Notes under the pieces: generated by a model
What the model was told of the DNA's origin: nothing
Seen by the model: the letters and a program-made list of their open reading frames with translations, nothing else
Databases searched by the model: none
Program-made: the position numbers and the translations under genes
Assembly: GCA_963707025.1 (NCBI GenBank)
Contig: CAVPOM010000009.1
Coordinates: forward strand, 352,001 to 416,000
Length of the DNA: 64,000 nucleotides
Origin: an uncultured Verrucomicrobiae bacterium
Lineage (GTDB): Bacteria > Verrucomicrobiota > Verrucomicrobiia > Limisphaerales > Palsa-1400
Direction: 5' to 3'
Shown: piece after piece, positions 49,287 through 60,783 of the stretch
Position numbering within the stretch: position 1 is the first letter of the stretch
Layout: the number at the start of each line of letters is the position of its first letter

Positions 49287-52200
49287 ACGAACGCAAACAA
49301 CTGTCTGCTCTCACGTTGGTGTTGTTCGCCTTTGCAACACTATGCGCAGTTCTTCTGATCATCGGCGGACTGTTTTTCTTCGGCCTGGGCTCCATTGAGC
49401 GCAGCAATCAACGGGAACAATCGCGCGCCCTGAAAAAGCTGGCCGTTATTGACGACATCGGCCAGGACGTGGGGGAGATGCAGGCTTCCGTGGCTCGGGA
49501 GGTGCTCGCCTCCAACGTCAACGAAATAAACCTCCTCGATCAAGAGATACGTTCCATTGAGGCAACCAACGGTTCGGAGTTTCGCGACTTTCAACCGTAT
49601 CTTGACCACGAAACGGAAAGGCAACTCTATGACGGCGCAGCCCGGGCCCGGAAATTATACTGGGAACAGACCCAGGTGGTTATGGCGCTCAGTCGTGCCA
49701 ATCAGGATTCCGCAGCGATCAAGCTCGTCAATGCAACCCAAGCCCCCGCCTACGACCAATACCGGGAAGCGATCAATAAATTGATCGATCATATGGAGGG
49801 TGACGCCAACGACTCGACGGCCGCGACCACGGTGCTCATTTCCAAGATCAGAATCCTTGGCAATATCCTAGTCCTATTGGCGATCTTGGTTGTCCTTGGA
49901 ACAGGCTTTGCCGTCAAGGCAGTTGCCCGGCGGCTGAACGAGGACAATCAGCGTTTGCAATTCGAAGTCACCGAACGCAAGAAGGCAGAATTGGAAATCC
50001 AGCTCTTGGCGGCCTTCCCCCGCTTCAATCCCAATCCGGTGCTGGAACTGTCCGTGGCCGGCGAAGTCAAGTTCTTCAACCAAGCCGCTGTGGTGATGGC
50101 CCGCGAGCTGGGGCAGGAAACAATTACGGAGATGCTGCCGCCAGATACCGCGGCGATAGTCCGCCAATGCGTAGCCGCCGGCACACCGAAAGTTTGCGTG
50201 GAGACACAGATCGGTCCGCGCGTCATTTCGTGGTCGTTCTTCCCCATCAAGGCCACGAATACGGTGCATTGTTATGGGGGCGATAGCACCGAACGGAAGC
50301 GGACGGAAGAAGCGTTGCAGGCATCACAGCAGATCGTCACAGAGATTATCAACGCGATACCGGTGCGGGTGTTCTGGAAGGACAAGAATCTCGCCTACCT
50401 GGGTTGCAACGCGGCCTTCGCGCGCGATGCGGGGTTTGCCGATCCCAAGGACATCATCGGGAAATATGATTACCAAATGGTTTGGCGTGATCAGGCAGAA
50501 GGCTATTGCAAGGATGACCGCCAGGTCATCGAGAGCGGCCGCTCCAAACTTCTGGTGGAAGAATCCCAAACGACCCCGGACGGGAACAGGATCACACTTC
50601 TGACGAACAAGGTGCCTCTGCATGATTCCGAAGGGAAGATCGAAGGCGTCATCGGGACGTATATGGACATTACGGAGCGCAAGCAATCTGAGGAGAGACT
50701 GCGATTGCATAGCGCCGCCTTGGAAGCAGCGGCCAACGCCATTGTCATCACCGACAAGTCGGGCAGCATCCAAACGGTTAACCCCGCGTTCACGGCGCTG
50801 ACTGGCTACACCGCGGAGGAAGTTGTGGGCAAGACCCCGCGGATCCTGAAAAGCGGCAATCACGATGAGTCGTTCTATCGAAACCTCTGGCAAACGATAT
50901 CTTCCGGCCGGGTTTGGAGCGGGGAAATGAGCAATCGGCGCAAGGACGGCAGCCTCTATGCCGAAGAAATGACCATCACCCCGTTGCTCAATGCCCAAGG
51001 TGAGATCGTCCGCTACATTGCCATCAAACAGGACATTACCCGGCGCAAGCGGGCGGAGGAGAAACTGACATTATTCCGCGCGCTGATTGAGCGCTCCCAA
51101 GATGGCATTTACATTGTCGATCCCGATACGGCACGTTTCCTGGACGCCAATGAGAGCGGGTGCCATGCGCTGGGCTACACCCGCGACGAACTGCTCAAGT
51201 TCACGGTGTGTGACGTGGTGCCGGGGCCTGACCGTGCGGCGTTCGAGACAGGTAACGCAAAAATTGAAAAAAAGGGCCATGCCTTGATGGAAATCCTGCA
51301 CCGGCGCAAGGACGGCACAACGTTTCCGGCGGAAGCATCCCTGTCATTCGTCAAGCTCGACCGCAAGTATCAGGTGGCCATCGTGCGCGACATCACTGAG
51401 CGCAAGCAGATGGAGGCCGCTTTGCGCGAAAGCCAGGAGAAATTCAAGGGGCTCTTCGATGGCTCCTGCGACGCCATTATGACCGCTGAAGGTTCTTCCG
51501 GGAAGTTCACCTCCGGGAATCCAGCGGCGGTGAAGATGTTCGGGGCAAAAAGTGAGGCGGAATTTATTTGCTACACGCCAGCGCAACTTTCTCCCGATCG
51601 CCAGCCGGACGGGCGACCTTCTGCCGAGAAAGCTAGGGAAATGATTGAGACGGCCCTGCGCAAAGGCTCCCACCTCTTCGAGTGGACACACCGGCGGATC
51701 GGCGGCGAGGCGTTTCCCGCAACCGTGCTCATTACCAGGATGCAGTCCGGCGACAAGGTGTTTCAACAGGCAACGGTTCGTGACATCACCGAGTCCAAAC
51801 TGGTTGAAGCGGCCCGGGACCGTTTGGTGGCCATCCTGGAATCCACCACAGACTTAGTGAGCATCGCCGATCCCCTTGGGCGTCTCATCTATCTCAACCG
51901 CGCCGGCCGCAACCTGCTTGGCGTGGGTCTCGACGACGATATCACCACTGCCGCTATTCGCGACTTTCTTCCCAACCCCGACAGCCATCCCGACTTTACG
52001 GAAGGAATTCCCGCAACCATCCGCCACGGCAATTGGAAAGGGGAAGTGGTCATCCTAAGCCGTGGTGGACAGGAAATCCCAGTCTCCCAAGTCATCCTTG
52101 CCCACAAAAACCCCGACGGGAAGATCGAGTTCATGTCCACCACCATGCGGGACATCACCGAGCGCAAGCGGTTCGAAGCCAAATTATTTCAAGCTCAGAA

Positions 52201-53404
52201 AATGGAAACTGTCGGCAACCTGGCCGGTGGGATTGCGCACGAGTTCAACAGCATTTTGACAACCATCATCGGCCAATGTGAATCGCTGCTGGGCAATCTT
52301 CCCACAGGCGGGCTGCCGGCCAAAAGAGCGATCGAAATCAGCCAGGCCGCCACCCGCGCCGCCACGCTGACCCGCCAACTTCTTGCCTTTGGTCGCAAAC
52401 AATTTCTGCAACCCGAAATCCTCGATCTCGACCAGATTATCGCTGGCCTGGAAGGGGTGTTTCGCCCTCTCCTGGGCCGCAATGTGGCGACACAAATCGT
52501 CTCTGCCCCCGGTCTGCACCCGGTCAGCGCGGACGCCGGACAAATTGAGCAGGTCATCATGAACCTCGTCATGAACGCGCGTGATGCCATGCCCAACGGC
52601 GGCAAACTCACACTGGAAACCTCCAACGTTTCGTTTGACGAAGAGACTGTCCAGCTTGAGCCAGGATTGGAGCCGGGCGACTATGTGATGCTGGTCATCA
52701 CGAACACGGGCGCAGGCATGAGCGAAAAAGTGAAGGCGCATCTGTTCGAGCCATTCTTTACGACCAAGGGAGTGGGCAACGGAACCGGTTTGGGATTGTC
52801 CACCTGTTTTGGCATCATCAAACAAAGCGGCGGTCACATCAGCGTCTTGAGCGAACCCGGCCAGGGCACCACCTTGAAGGTTTATCTGCCCCGAGTTGAA
52901 AAGCAGGCGCCAGCTCCCCTTCAGCTTGTTGCATCAGAGGAGTTCCCGCGCGGGACGGAAACCATTTTGCTGGTTGAAGCGGAACCAGCCCTGCGCGAGA
53001 TGGCGACGGACTTGTTAAGACAACTCGGCTACTCGGTTTTGGCAGCGGCCAACGGTATCGAGGCCTTAAATGTGAAACAGCCGGGTGAATTGGGGCGCAT
53101 TGATTTATTGTTTACTGATGCCGTCATGCCGCACATGAGCGGCATGGAATTGGCGGACCGCGTAAGGGCGCTGTATCCTCATGCCAAGATTCTTTTCTCT
53201 TCTGGGTATACAGAGAATGCCATCCTCCAGCAAGGCGAGTTGGACAAGGGGGTGGCGACTCTGCAAAAACCGTTCACCCCTTCCGCGCTGGCGCACAGGC
53301 TGCGGGAAGTGTTGGATCAACCAAGTGCTCTGGAACCAGACACCGCGCAGCCGTCCTTTACCTCCACGAAAAACTTCGCCGAGGCCGGAACATCAACGAA
53401 CTGA
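49283..53404 (+). CDS. Membrane hybrid kinase: 4HB periplasmic sensor, multiple PAS, HK, REC
   Basis: Two TMs around a four-helix bundle, six PAS-like units, GIAHEFN, FTDAVMP; G1 box reads NTGAG. Confidence 0.92.
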   Translation: MNERKQLSALTLVLFAFATLCAVLLIIGGLFFFGLGSIERSNQREQSRALKKLAVIDDIGQDVGEMQASVAREVLASNVNEINLLDQEIRSIEATNGSEFRDFQPYLDHETERQLYDGAARARKLYWEQTQVVMALSRANQDSAAIKLVNATQAPAYDQYREAINKLIDHMEGDANDSTAATTVLISKIRILGNILVLLAILVVLGTGFAVKAVARRLNEDNQRLQFEVTERKKAELEIQLLAAFPRFNPNPVLELSVAGEVKFFNQAAVVMARELGQETITEMLPPDTAAIVRQCVAAGTPKVCVETQIGPRVISWSFFPIKATNTVHCYGGDSTERKRTEEALQASQQIVTEIINAIPVRVFWKDKNLAYLGCNAAFARDAGFADPKDIIGKYDYQMVWRDQAEGYCKDDRQVIESGRSKLLVEESQTTPDGNRITLLTNKVPLHDSEGKIEGVIGTYMDITERKQSEERLRLHSAALEAAANAIVITDKSGSIQTVNPAFTALTGYTAEEVVGKTPRILKSGNHDESFYRNLWQTISSGRVWSGEMSNRRKDGSLYAEEMTITPLLNAQGEIVRYIAIKQDITRRKRAEEKLTLFRALIERSQDGIYIVDPDTARFLDANESGCHALGYTRDELLKFTVCDVVPGPDRAAFETGNAKIEKKGHALMEILHRRKDGTTFPAEASLSFVKLDRKYQVAIVRDITERKQMEAALRESQEKFKGLFDGSCDAIMTAEGSSGKFTSGNPAAVKMFGAKSEAEFICYTPAQLSPDRQPDGRPSAEKAREMIETALRKGSHLFEWTHRRIGGEAFPATVLITRMQSGDKVFQQATVRDITESKLVEAARDRLVAILESTTDLVSIADPLGRLIYLNRAGRNLLGVGLDDDITTAAIRDFLPNPDSHPDFTEGIPATIRHGNWKGEVVILSRGGQEIPVSQVILAHKNPDGKIEFMSTTMRDITERKRFEAKLFQAQKMETVGNLAGGIAHEFNSILTTIIGQCESLLGNLPTGGLPAKRAIEISQAATRAATLTRQLLAFGRKQFLQPEILDLDQIIAGLEGVFRPLLGRNVATQIVSAPGLHPVSADAGQIEQVIMNLVMNARDAMPNGGKLTLETSNVSFDEETVQLEPGLEPGDYVMLVITNTGAGMSEKVKAHLFEPFFTTKGVGNGTGLGLSTCFGIIKQSGGHISVLSEPGQGTTLKVYLPRVEKQAPAPLQLVASEEFPRGTETILLVEAEPALREMATDLLRQLGYSVLAAANGIEALNVKQPGELGRIDLLFTDAVMPHMSGMELADRVRALYPHAKILFSSGYTENAILQQGELDKGVATLQKPFTPSALAHRLREVLDQPSALEPDTAQPSFTSTKNFAEAGTSTN

Positions 53405-53409
53405 TCACG

Positions 53410-55065
53410 ATGACACCGCCACAGAATCAAAACCTGACAATCCTCGTGATTGACGATGAAGCGTCGTTTCGCCAACCATTGCGCCTCTCTCTTCAGGCGA
53501 AGGGGTTCGCCACGCTGGAAGCGGCCACTTGCCAGGATGGCATCCACACAGCCAAAGCCCAGAAACCGGACTTGATCGTTTGTGACGTTGATCTGCCCGA
53601 CGGTACCGGCCATAAAGTGCTCGAAGCCCTAAAGGATGATCCTGCCACGTCCGCCATCCCGTTCATCTTTATGACGGGGATGGACGACCCGAAGGCCTTG
53701 CGTCGAGGCATGGATCAAGGGGCGGACGACTTCCTCCTAAAACCGTTTCCCATGAATTCCATGCTTGCAGCAGTGGAGGCCCGTCTCCACCGGAGCGCCA
53801 TGTTGCGGTCCCGAGCGGAACAGACCGAAAAGCGGCTTCAAGCCATCGTCGAGACGAGCCCCGACCTGGTAGCGATGGCAGACATCAACAGCCGACAAAT
53901 CCTTTACCTAAACCGGGCCGGTCGAGAGTTGCTTCAACTTGGCGCGTTGGAGGACTTCTCGACCTTGGACCTGTGCGACATCCATCCGGTCGAAACCGTG
54001 GCGCGCATTGTAGGGGAGATCATTCCGACGGCCATCGAGAAGGGCTCTTGGACTGGCGAAACGACCTTTCTCAACCGGGCCAAGGTCGAGGTGCCGGTGG
54101 TTGAAGTCGTCGTGGCGCATAAATCACCGGAGGGCCGCGTCGAATTCCTCTCCATGCTCGCGCACAATATAACGGTGCGCAAACAAGCCGAATTGGAGCG
54201 GCATCAAATGGAGATTCAGTTGCGCCACTCCCAAAAACTGGAGTCCATCGGCCAACTGGCTGCTGGCATCGCTCACGAAATCAACACCCCCACACAATTC
54301 ATCGGCGACAATCTCCACTTCCTACAGGATGTCTTCAACGACCTGCTCGGTTTGTTGGGGCAATTCAGTCTGCTGCTGGAAGCCGCTCGCGGCCAAGCCT
54401 TCGCTCAGAGTCTGACCGAGGAAATTGAAAATACAATTCATGCGATCAACCTACCCGACTTGGAGAAAGAGATACCGAAATCCATTACGCAGGGGCTTTC
54501 CGGGGTGCAACGCGTGGCCAAAATCGTACAAGCCATGAAAGACTTCTCGCACCCGGGCACGGAAACTAAAATACCAGTCGATCTCAACCGCGCCATCGAA
54601 AGCACTCTGACGGTGTGCCGGAACGAGTGGAAATACGTGGCCGATTTGCAGACCGACTTTGATCCGGTCCTGCCTCTGGTGTCCTGTCTGCCAGGAGAGT
54701 TCAACCAAGTCATCCTCAACATCGTGGTCAACGCGGCCCATGCCATCGCGGACAAGATGGGCGGGAAGGCCAAGGGAGTCATCGGTGTGAGCACGCGCCG
54801 CCACGGCGACAAGGTCGAAATCCGCATCAGTGACACTGGCACGGGCATTCCTGAGTCGGCGCGCGGACGAATATTTGATCCTTTCTTCACCACCAAGGAG
54901 GTGGGCAAAGGCACCGGCCAGGGTTTGGCCATCGCCCGTTCGGTCGTCGTGGATAAACATCAAGGCGAGATTTTCTTTGAAACGGAAATGGGCCAAGGCA
55001 CGGCATTTGTCATCCGGCTGCCTTTAGCCCAAAACAAAAACGGCAACGCCGTTCAAGACAAATGA
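53410..55065 (+). CDS. REC-PAS-histidine kinase
   Basis: VCDVDLP, GIAHEINTPTQFI, FNQVILNIVVNAAHAI, GKGTGQGLAI. Confidence 0.93.
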   Translation: MTPPQNQNLTILVIDDEASFRQPLRLSLQAKGFATLEAATCQDGIHTAKAQKPDLIVCDVDLPDGTGHKVLEALKDDPATSAIPFIFMTGMDDPKALRRGMDQGADDFLLKPFPMNSMLAAVEARLHRSAMLRSRAEQTEKRLQAIVETSPDLVAMADINSRQILYLNRAGRELLQLGALEDFSTLDLCDIHPVETVARIVGEIIPTAIEKGSWTGETTFLNRAKVEVPVVEVVVAHKSPEGRVEFLSMLAHNITVRKQAELERHQMEIQLRHSQKLESIGQLAAGIAHEINTPTQFIGDNLHFLQDVFNDLLGLLGQFSLLLEAARGQAFAQSLTEEIENTIHAINLPDLEKEIPKSITQGLSGVQRVAKIVQAMKDFSHPGTETKIPVDLNRAIESTLTVCRNEWKYVADLQTDFDPVLPLVSCLPGEFNQVILNIVVNAAHAIADKMGGKAKGVIGVSTRRHGDKVEIRISDTGTGIPESARGRIFDPFFTTKEVGKGTGQGLAIARSVVVDKHQGEIFFETEMGQGTAFVIRLPLAQNKNGNAVQDK

Positions 55066-56276
55066 AAAAGCGCATCCTTTTCGTTGACGACGAGGCCATG
55101 GTCCTGGAAGGCCTCCAGCGCATGCTTCGCTCGATGCGCGCCGAATGGGAAATGGAGTTTGTCGAAAGCGGGGAGGCAGCTCTCGGTTTACTCGACCAAA
55201 AGCCCTTCGATGTGATCGTCTCCGACATGCGCATGCCCCGCATGAACGGGGCTGAACTGCTGGCCGAGGTCATGAAGCGGCACCCCTCCACCGTGCGCTT
55301 GATCCTCTCCGGCTACGCCGATAAGGACCTGATCCTCAAATGCGTCGGTTCGACCCATCAATATCTGGCCAAGCCCTGCGACGCCGAGTCTCTGAAAGCC
55401 ACGATCGAGCGGGCTTCCAACTTGGAAGACTCCCTCCACAACGAGCGCCTCAAGACCTTGGTATGCCAGATGAACCATCTGCCCAGCATCCCAACACTCT
55501 ACATGCAGGTGGTCGAGAAGACCAGCCGGGCCGAGACCTCGCTCGAAGAAATCGGCCGCCTCATTGGCCAGGACATCGGCATGACCGCCCAGATACTCAA
55601 AATGGCCAACTCTGCCTTCTTCGGCTTGCGTCGGCAGCTTTCCAGCGTGGAGGAAGCCGTCGCCTATCTTGGTTTGGACACCATCAAGTCCCTGGTTTTG
55701 TCCATTCACGCCTTTTCCCAGTTTGAGAAAGCTGAAAGAGGCGCGTTTAGTATCGAGGCGTTGTGGGGCCACAGCCTGCAAGTGGCAAGTTTTGCCAAAC
55801 GCATCGTCAAACTCGAAGGCCAGGAGGCCAAAGCCGCCGAAGAGGCTTTCACCGCCGGCATGCTGCACGACATCGGAAAACTGGTCCTGGCGGTCAATTT
55901 GCCCAAGGAATACGCCGAAGCCACGCGCCTGGCCCTATCCGGCCTGGAGCTTCCCCTGGCCGAACATCAGGTCTTCGGCTCCAATCACGCCGACGTCGGC
56001 GGATATTTGATCGGTTTGTGGGGACTGCCCGTGCCCGTGGTCGAAGCCGTGGCTCTCCATCACTGCCCGTCCCGGGCCACGCAACCAGCTTTCAGCCCGT
56101 TAACCAGCGTCCACACCGCAAATGTCCTTGCATGGGAACGACCCAACTCCGCCAATGGCGAGCCGGCACCGCAATTGGACGCCAGCTATCTCGGCCTCGT
56201 GGGTGTTTCGGCACGCCTGGCCGCCTGGCGCTCGGCCCTGCAGGAGAACTCAACTCAACAACTAAACCATTCATGA
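55062..56276 (+). CDS. REC-HDOD response regulator
   Basis: VSDMRMP; LPSIP, MANSAFFG, AGMLHDIGKL, HADVGGYL.GLWGLP, HH. Confidence 0.93.
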   Translation: MKKRILFVDDEAMVLEGLQRMLRSMRAEWEMEFVESGEAALGLLDQKPFDVIVSDMRMPRMNGAELLAEVMKRHPSTVRLILSGYADKDLILKCVGSTHQYLAKPCDAESLKATIERASNLEDSLHNERLKTLVCQMNHLPSIPTLYMQVVEKTSRAETSLEEIGRLIGQDIGMTAQILKMANSAFFGLRRQLSSVEEAVAYLGLDTIKSLVLSIHAFSQFEKAERGAFSIEALWGHSLQVASFAKRIVKLEGQEAKAAEEAFTAGMLHDIGKLVLAVNLPKEYAEATRLALSGLELPLAEHQVFGSNHADVGGYLIGLWGLPVPVVEAVALHHCPSRATQPAFSPLTSVHTANVLAWERPNSANGEPAPQLDASYLGLVGVSARLAAWRSALQENSTQQLNHS

Positions 56277-57424
56277 ACCCAGAAATTCTTTTTGTCGATG
56301 ATGACCAGGACATCCTGGCCGGATTCCAGCGCAGCCTTAGAAAGCACTTTAAACTCGATACCGCCATCGGCGGCACGACCGCGCTGGCCATGCTGCGCGA
56401 CCGCGCCCCTTACGCCGTCGTCGTGGCGGACATGCGAATGCCGGGCATGAACGGCATCGAGTTCTTGATGGAGTTGGAGAGGTCGGCGCCGGACACCATT
56501 AGAATCATGTTGACAGGAAACGCCGACCAAAAAACGGCGCGCGATGCTGTCAACCAGGGCCATATTTTCCGCTTCCTGACCAAACCCTGTCCTCAGGAGG
56601 AGCTGGTTCTCGCGCTTCGCGCCGGACTCAAGCAGTACCAACTGGTGACAGCCGAACGCAACGTCCTGGAGAAAACACTCAACGGCAGCGCCCGGATGCT
56701 CAGTGATATTCTGGCCACACACGACTCCCATTCCTTCGGCAAGTCCCAGCGCCTGCGCGAGTACATGCGGGCCTTCGCCAATCATTTGGAACTGAAGCAA
56801 ACCTGGGACTTGGAATTGGCCGCCTTGCTTTCGCAGATCGGCTGCGTCACCATCCCGCAAGCGGTGCTGGCAAAATCCCGTGCCGGCCGCCCGCTGGTTG
56901 GAGCGGAGGCCGACATTGTGTTGCGCGTCCCTCAGATCGGCTACAATCTTCTGTCCCACATTCCGCGCCTGGAATCCGTCGCCGCGGTGATCCTCTACCA
57001 GAACAAGAACTTTGATGGCACGGGCTTTCCTTCGGACAAGATCGCGGGCGAGGACATCCCGATCGGCGCCCGCATTTTGCGCGTGCTGCAGGATTTGCTG
57101 GCGTATGAATCCGCCAAAACGTCCAAAGACAAAGCATTGGAGAACATGACACACTTTCCTGGCCGCTATGATCCCCGGGTGGTGGAGGCGGTGGCGGCGG
57201 TGTTTGATATCTGTTTGGCACACGCCACTCCGACTGAAAGCCAAAGCCGCCCGGTCTGGATCAAGAACTTGCGGGTCGGTTGGACCCTGGCCGCTGAAGT
57301 GCGCACCCGGGATGGGGTGATGATCATTCCGGCAGGCACGCAAATCTCGCCGTTGTTGATGGAAAAACTCCGCAACTTCGCCGAACTGGGCGACTTGGAA
57401 GAGCCGATGCTGGTGACGGGATAA
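56273..57424 (+). CDS. REC + degenerate HD-GYP-like domain
   Basis: VADMRMP; LAALLSQIG in place of HDIG, YQNKNFDGTGFP, IPIGARIL. Confidence 0.88.
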   Translation: MNPEILFVDDDQDILAGFQRSLRKHFKLDTAIGGTTALAMLRDRAPYAVVVADMRMPGMNGIEFLMELERSAPDTIRIMLTGNADQKTARDAVNQGHIFRFLTKPCPQEELVLALRAGLKQYQLVTAERNVLEKTLNGSARMLSDILATHDSHSFGKSQRLREYMRAFANHLELKQTWDLELAALLSQIGCVTIPQAVLAKSRAGRPLVGAEADIVLRVPQIGYNLLSHIPRLESVAAVILYQNKNFDGTGFPSDKIAGEDIPIGARILRVLQDLLAYESAKTSKDKALENMTHFPGRYDPRVVEAVAAVFDICLAHATPTESQSRPVWIKNLRVGWTLAAEVRTRDGVMIIPAGTQISPLLMEKLRNFAELGDLEEPMLVTG

Positions 57425-57482
57425 GCACGCTCTACTGCGAAGCGAATGGAGCATCCCATACACCCTGGTGAATCCACCACAA

Positions 57483-60266
57483 TCATTCATCCAGGGAATG
57501 GCGGATGGCTCCCAGGAGTTGATCGGGCGAAAATGGCTTTTGGACGAAGTTGTCCCCGCTGCGCAACTGGAGGTCCTGTCCAGCAATCTCGGCGCTGTAT
57601 CCGCTGATATATATGACCTTAAGTCGCGGTTGGTCCGCCTGCAGGCGTCGGGCAAGTTCCTGGCCGCTCAATCCCTCCGGCATCACTAGATCGGTCACAA
57701 GCAACGCCACCGTTCCGCGATGTACCTGCCAGAGCTTTAGAGCTTCGATGCCGTTGGGGGCTTCCAACACTTTGTAGCCGTACCGTGTGAGAATTGCGCG
57801 CGTCAGGGTGCGCACCGCCCATTCGTCCTCGACCAAAAAGATGGTTTCCGTGCCTTCGCGCGGTTTGGGTCGTGCCTCAGCCCCAGGCAGCTCAGCGGCG
57901 GTCGCGATGCCAGCAGGAAGGAATATCTGGAAGTTCACACCTTGACCCGGCTTGCTATCCACCTTGAGCAAGCCGTGGTGTTGTTTGACGATGCCAAAGA
58001 CCGTCGCCAGCCCAAGACCCGTGCCTTTGCCTGGCTCTTTGGTGGTGAAAAATGGTTCGAAGATCCGAGGCAATACCTCAGGCGGGATACCGCAGCCTGT
58101 GTCACTGACAATCAAGCAGACGTAGCGTCCCGGCGCGGCGTCGGGATTTAGTCGCGCGAGGCTTTCGTCCACGGTTTTCTCTGCGGTTTCGATGAGCATC
58201 TGCCCACCCTTGGGCATGGCGTCACGCGCGTTTACGGCAAGGTTCAGCAGCACCTGACCAAGCATCCCCTCGTCGGCGCGGGTCATTAGCGGCGTGGCGT
58301 GCAGGTGCAATTGCAAACGCACATCCTCGCCGATGATGCGCTGGAGCATCTTGGCAAGGCTGGTGACGACTTCATTCAAATCAAGTTCCCGAGGCTGAAT
58401 CACCTGCCGACGGCTGAACAGCAACAACTGGCGCGTTAGAGTGGCCGCCCGCTCGGTGTAGGCACGGATCTCCCGAAGGCAGTCCCGGGCTGCCCCAGGC
58501 AAATTCTCGACCAACTCAGCCAGTTCGGCCTGCATGAGCATCGCGGCGAGAATGTTGTTGAAGTCGTGCGCCACTCCGCTGGCAAGCTGGCCGATGGATT
58601 CCATTTTCTGCGCCTGCCGGAATTGTGCCTCGAGCAAAATTTCGCGCGTTACATCCCGTTTGACGGCAACGTAGTTGATGACCCGGCCGGCCCGGTCGCG
58701 TACCGGTGAAATGGTGGCTTGTTCCTCGAACAAGGTCCCGTCTTTGCGCTTGTTAGTAAGCCGGCCCGACCAGACTTCGCCTCTGGAGAGAACGGCCCAC
58801 ATCCGCTGATAAAAGCCGGCGTCATGCGTGCCGCTTTTTAATATGCGAGGATTCTGGCCGGTCGCCTCCTCGCGCGAGAAGCCGGTGATGGTTGTAAAGG
58901 CTGGGTTCACATAGAGGATTGTCCCGGCACTGTCAGTGATGAGGATGGTTTCCGCGGCTTGCTCCACCGCCGTGACCAGTCGCAGGTGGGCCTCTTCGGC
59001 CCGCTTGCGTCCGGCGATGTCCCGGGATACGCCCACGACGCTGATGCCGCCGTGGTCGTTCCGAAAGAAAGTGGTCGCCATTTCGCTCCAGACCGGCGAA
59101 TCATCCTTGCGGGTCAATTCCACCTCGTGGACTTGGGTGACCGCAGCGGGGTCTGATGTCTGGAATGACTTCACCCGTTCCTCGATCATCTTGTTCACCA
59201 TGGTCAGCGATTCCTCTGTCAACATTTGATCCAGCGATTGAGCCATCGCTTCCTCGGCCGTGTAGCCTCGCAACCGGCTAACCGATGGGCTGACATAGGT
59301 TAGCCGCCTGGTTTCCAGATCGAAGGTCCACAGCACATCGGCCGCGTGACTGGCCAGCAGCCGGTATCGCTGTTCGCTCTCCCGCAGGTTTTTTTCCGCT
59401 TGGTTGCGTTCTTCATCTTGTCCAATCGCGGCGGCAAGAATCCCCAGGATGCGAAGGTCATCGCTGGTTGGTTCGCAATCCCGAGTAAAGACCGCGCACA
59501 GCGAACCGTGGATGGTCCCGCCGAAGCGCACCGGTTGGCCCCAACAGGTCTGGAGCCCGTAGGGAACCACGTTCGGATCCGTTTTTGCGTAGAAACTTTC
59601 TTGCAGGCGTCGGATGACCAATGCCCCTTCCGAATGGCCCTGGATCACTTCAAAACAGATCTGGCCCTCGGCAATATCCTCCGCCGCCATGCCGGACGGC
59701 GCCTTCCAACGCCCCTTCACACACAACCGGTTGCCCTCCAAACGACTGTACAAGGCGTAATCCGCCTCCAACAGTTCACCGCACAACGCCGTCAACGCCT
59801 GCACGTTCCGGTCATTGTCATGCCCGAGGTTGAGCAGGAAGGCGTGGACTTTGTACAGGCGTTCTTCCGACCGCTTGCGCTCGGTGATCATCCTTAATTC
59901 GCGCATTGCCCGATGCACGGCCGGTCCAAGGCGCGTCATCCCCTGTTTCAGCACGTAGTCCGTGGCTCCGAAATGGAGCGCCTCGATGGCCTTCTCTTCG
60001 CCCAAAGAGCCGGAAACGAAAATGAAAGGCATCTCGGGATGGGTTTTGCGCACGAAAGCCAACGCGGCAAGACCGTTGTAAGAGGGAAGAGAGTAGTCGG
60101 AGAGGATGATATCGGGCTGGAAGGTGACCAACTGCTCCAGAAACTCGGCCTGGTTCACCACTTGCTTGGTGGTGCAGCGGATTCCTTGCCGGTCCAGCTC
60201 GCGGAGGATCAGTTCGGCGTCCGGCTGAGTGTCTTCGAGCATCAGGATTCGGAGGTCTTTGTTCAT
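57483..60266 (-). CDS. REC-GAF-PAS-PAS-HK-REC hybrid kinase
   Basis: LSDYSLP, GAF ([15 protein letters not shown]), two [19 protein letters not shown]. Confidence 0.93.
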   Translation of the reverse strand: MNKDLRILMLEDTQPDAELILRELDRQGIRCTTKQVVNQAEFLEQLVTFQPDIILSDYSLPSYNGLAALAFVRKTHPEMPFIFVSGSLGEEKAIEALHFGATDYVLKQGMTRLGPAVHRAMRELRMITERKRSEERLYKVHAFLLNLGHDNDRNVQALTALCGELLEADYALYSRLEGNRLCVKGRWKAPSGMAAEDIAEGQICFEVIQGHSEGALVIRRLQESFYAKTDPNVVPYGLQTCWGQPVRFGGTIHGSLCAVFTRDCEPTSDDLRILGILAAAIGQDEERNQAEKNLRESEQRYRLLASHAADVLWTFDLETRRLTYVSPSVSRLRGYTAEEAMAQSLDQMLTEESLTMVNKMIEERVKSFQTSDPAAVTQVHEVELTRKDDSPVWSEMATTFFRNDHGGISVVGVSRDIAGRKRAEEAHLRLVTAVEQAAETILITDSAGTILYVNPAFTTITGFSREEATGQNPRILKSGTHDAGFYQRMWAVLSRGEVWSGRLTNKRKDGTLFEEQATISPVRDRAGRVINYVAVKRDVTREILLEAQFRQAQKMESIGQLASGVAHDFNNILAAMLMQAELAELVENLPGAARDCLREIRAYTERAATLTRQLLLFSRRQVIQPRELDLNEVVTSLAKMLQRIIGEDVRLQLHLHATPLMTRADEGMLGQVLLNLAVNARDAMPKGGQMLIETAEKTVDESLARLNPDAAPGRYVCLIVSDTGCGIPPEVLPRIFEPFFTTKEPGKGTGLGLATVFGIVKQHHGLLKVDSKPGQGVNFQIFLPAGIATAAELPGAEARPKPREGTETIFLVEDEWAVRTLTRAILTRYGYKVLEAPNGIEALKLWQVHRGTVALLVTDLVMPEGLSGQELARRLQADQPRLKVIYISGYSAEIAGQDLQLRSGDNFVQKPFSPDQLLGAIRHSLDE

Positions 60267-60783
60267 TGTCGTTAAAATCCCGGCTTTTTCTAATCATCTG
60301 CCAATCAGCTTCCTAAAAATGTTCCCCCCCTGAAAAGCTGCTGTGCGAAGAATCGCACAACAGCTTCTCTCCCTCCCAGCAATACCAGCACGACCGCCAG
60401 CCGTTTTATGTCCTTCCCTTTCGCCCGGACGAATCAGAGCCGACATTGAATCGTGCCGGTGCCTCAGCTCCGAAACTGACCTTCGCTGTCGCACGTTCAG
60501 GCATGACCAACGGCGTGGGTGGTCCCTGAAAGAGCGGGTATTATCGCGATTAAAGTGTACACAATGCCCCTCTACACATTTATACGTGCGCGAATTCCGA
60601 ATCTTTCAAGAAAGACTAAAACTTGGATCAATTGCAGAAGGAGGGGTCAAAATGGCGTTGCTCATTACGATATTGAGCAGCACACGCCTGAGCCTTTATT
60701 TTGGATGCAAGCCATTATTGCCCTGATACTTATGACAGCACCGGACGGGCAGGAGGCGGCAATACTCATGGAGGGCCAAAGGT

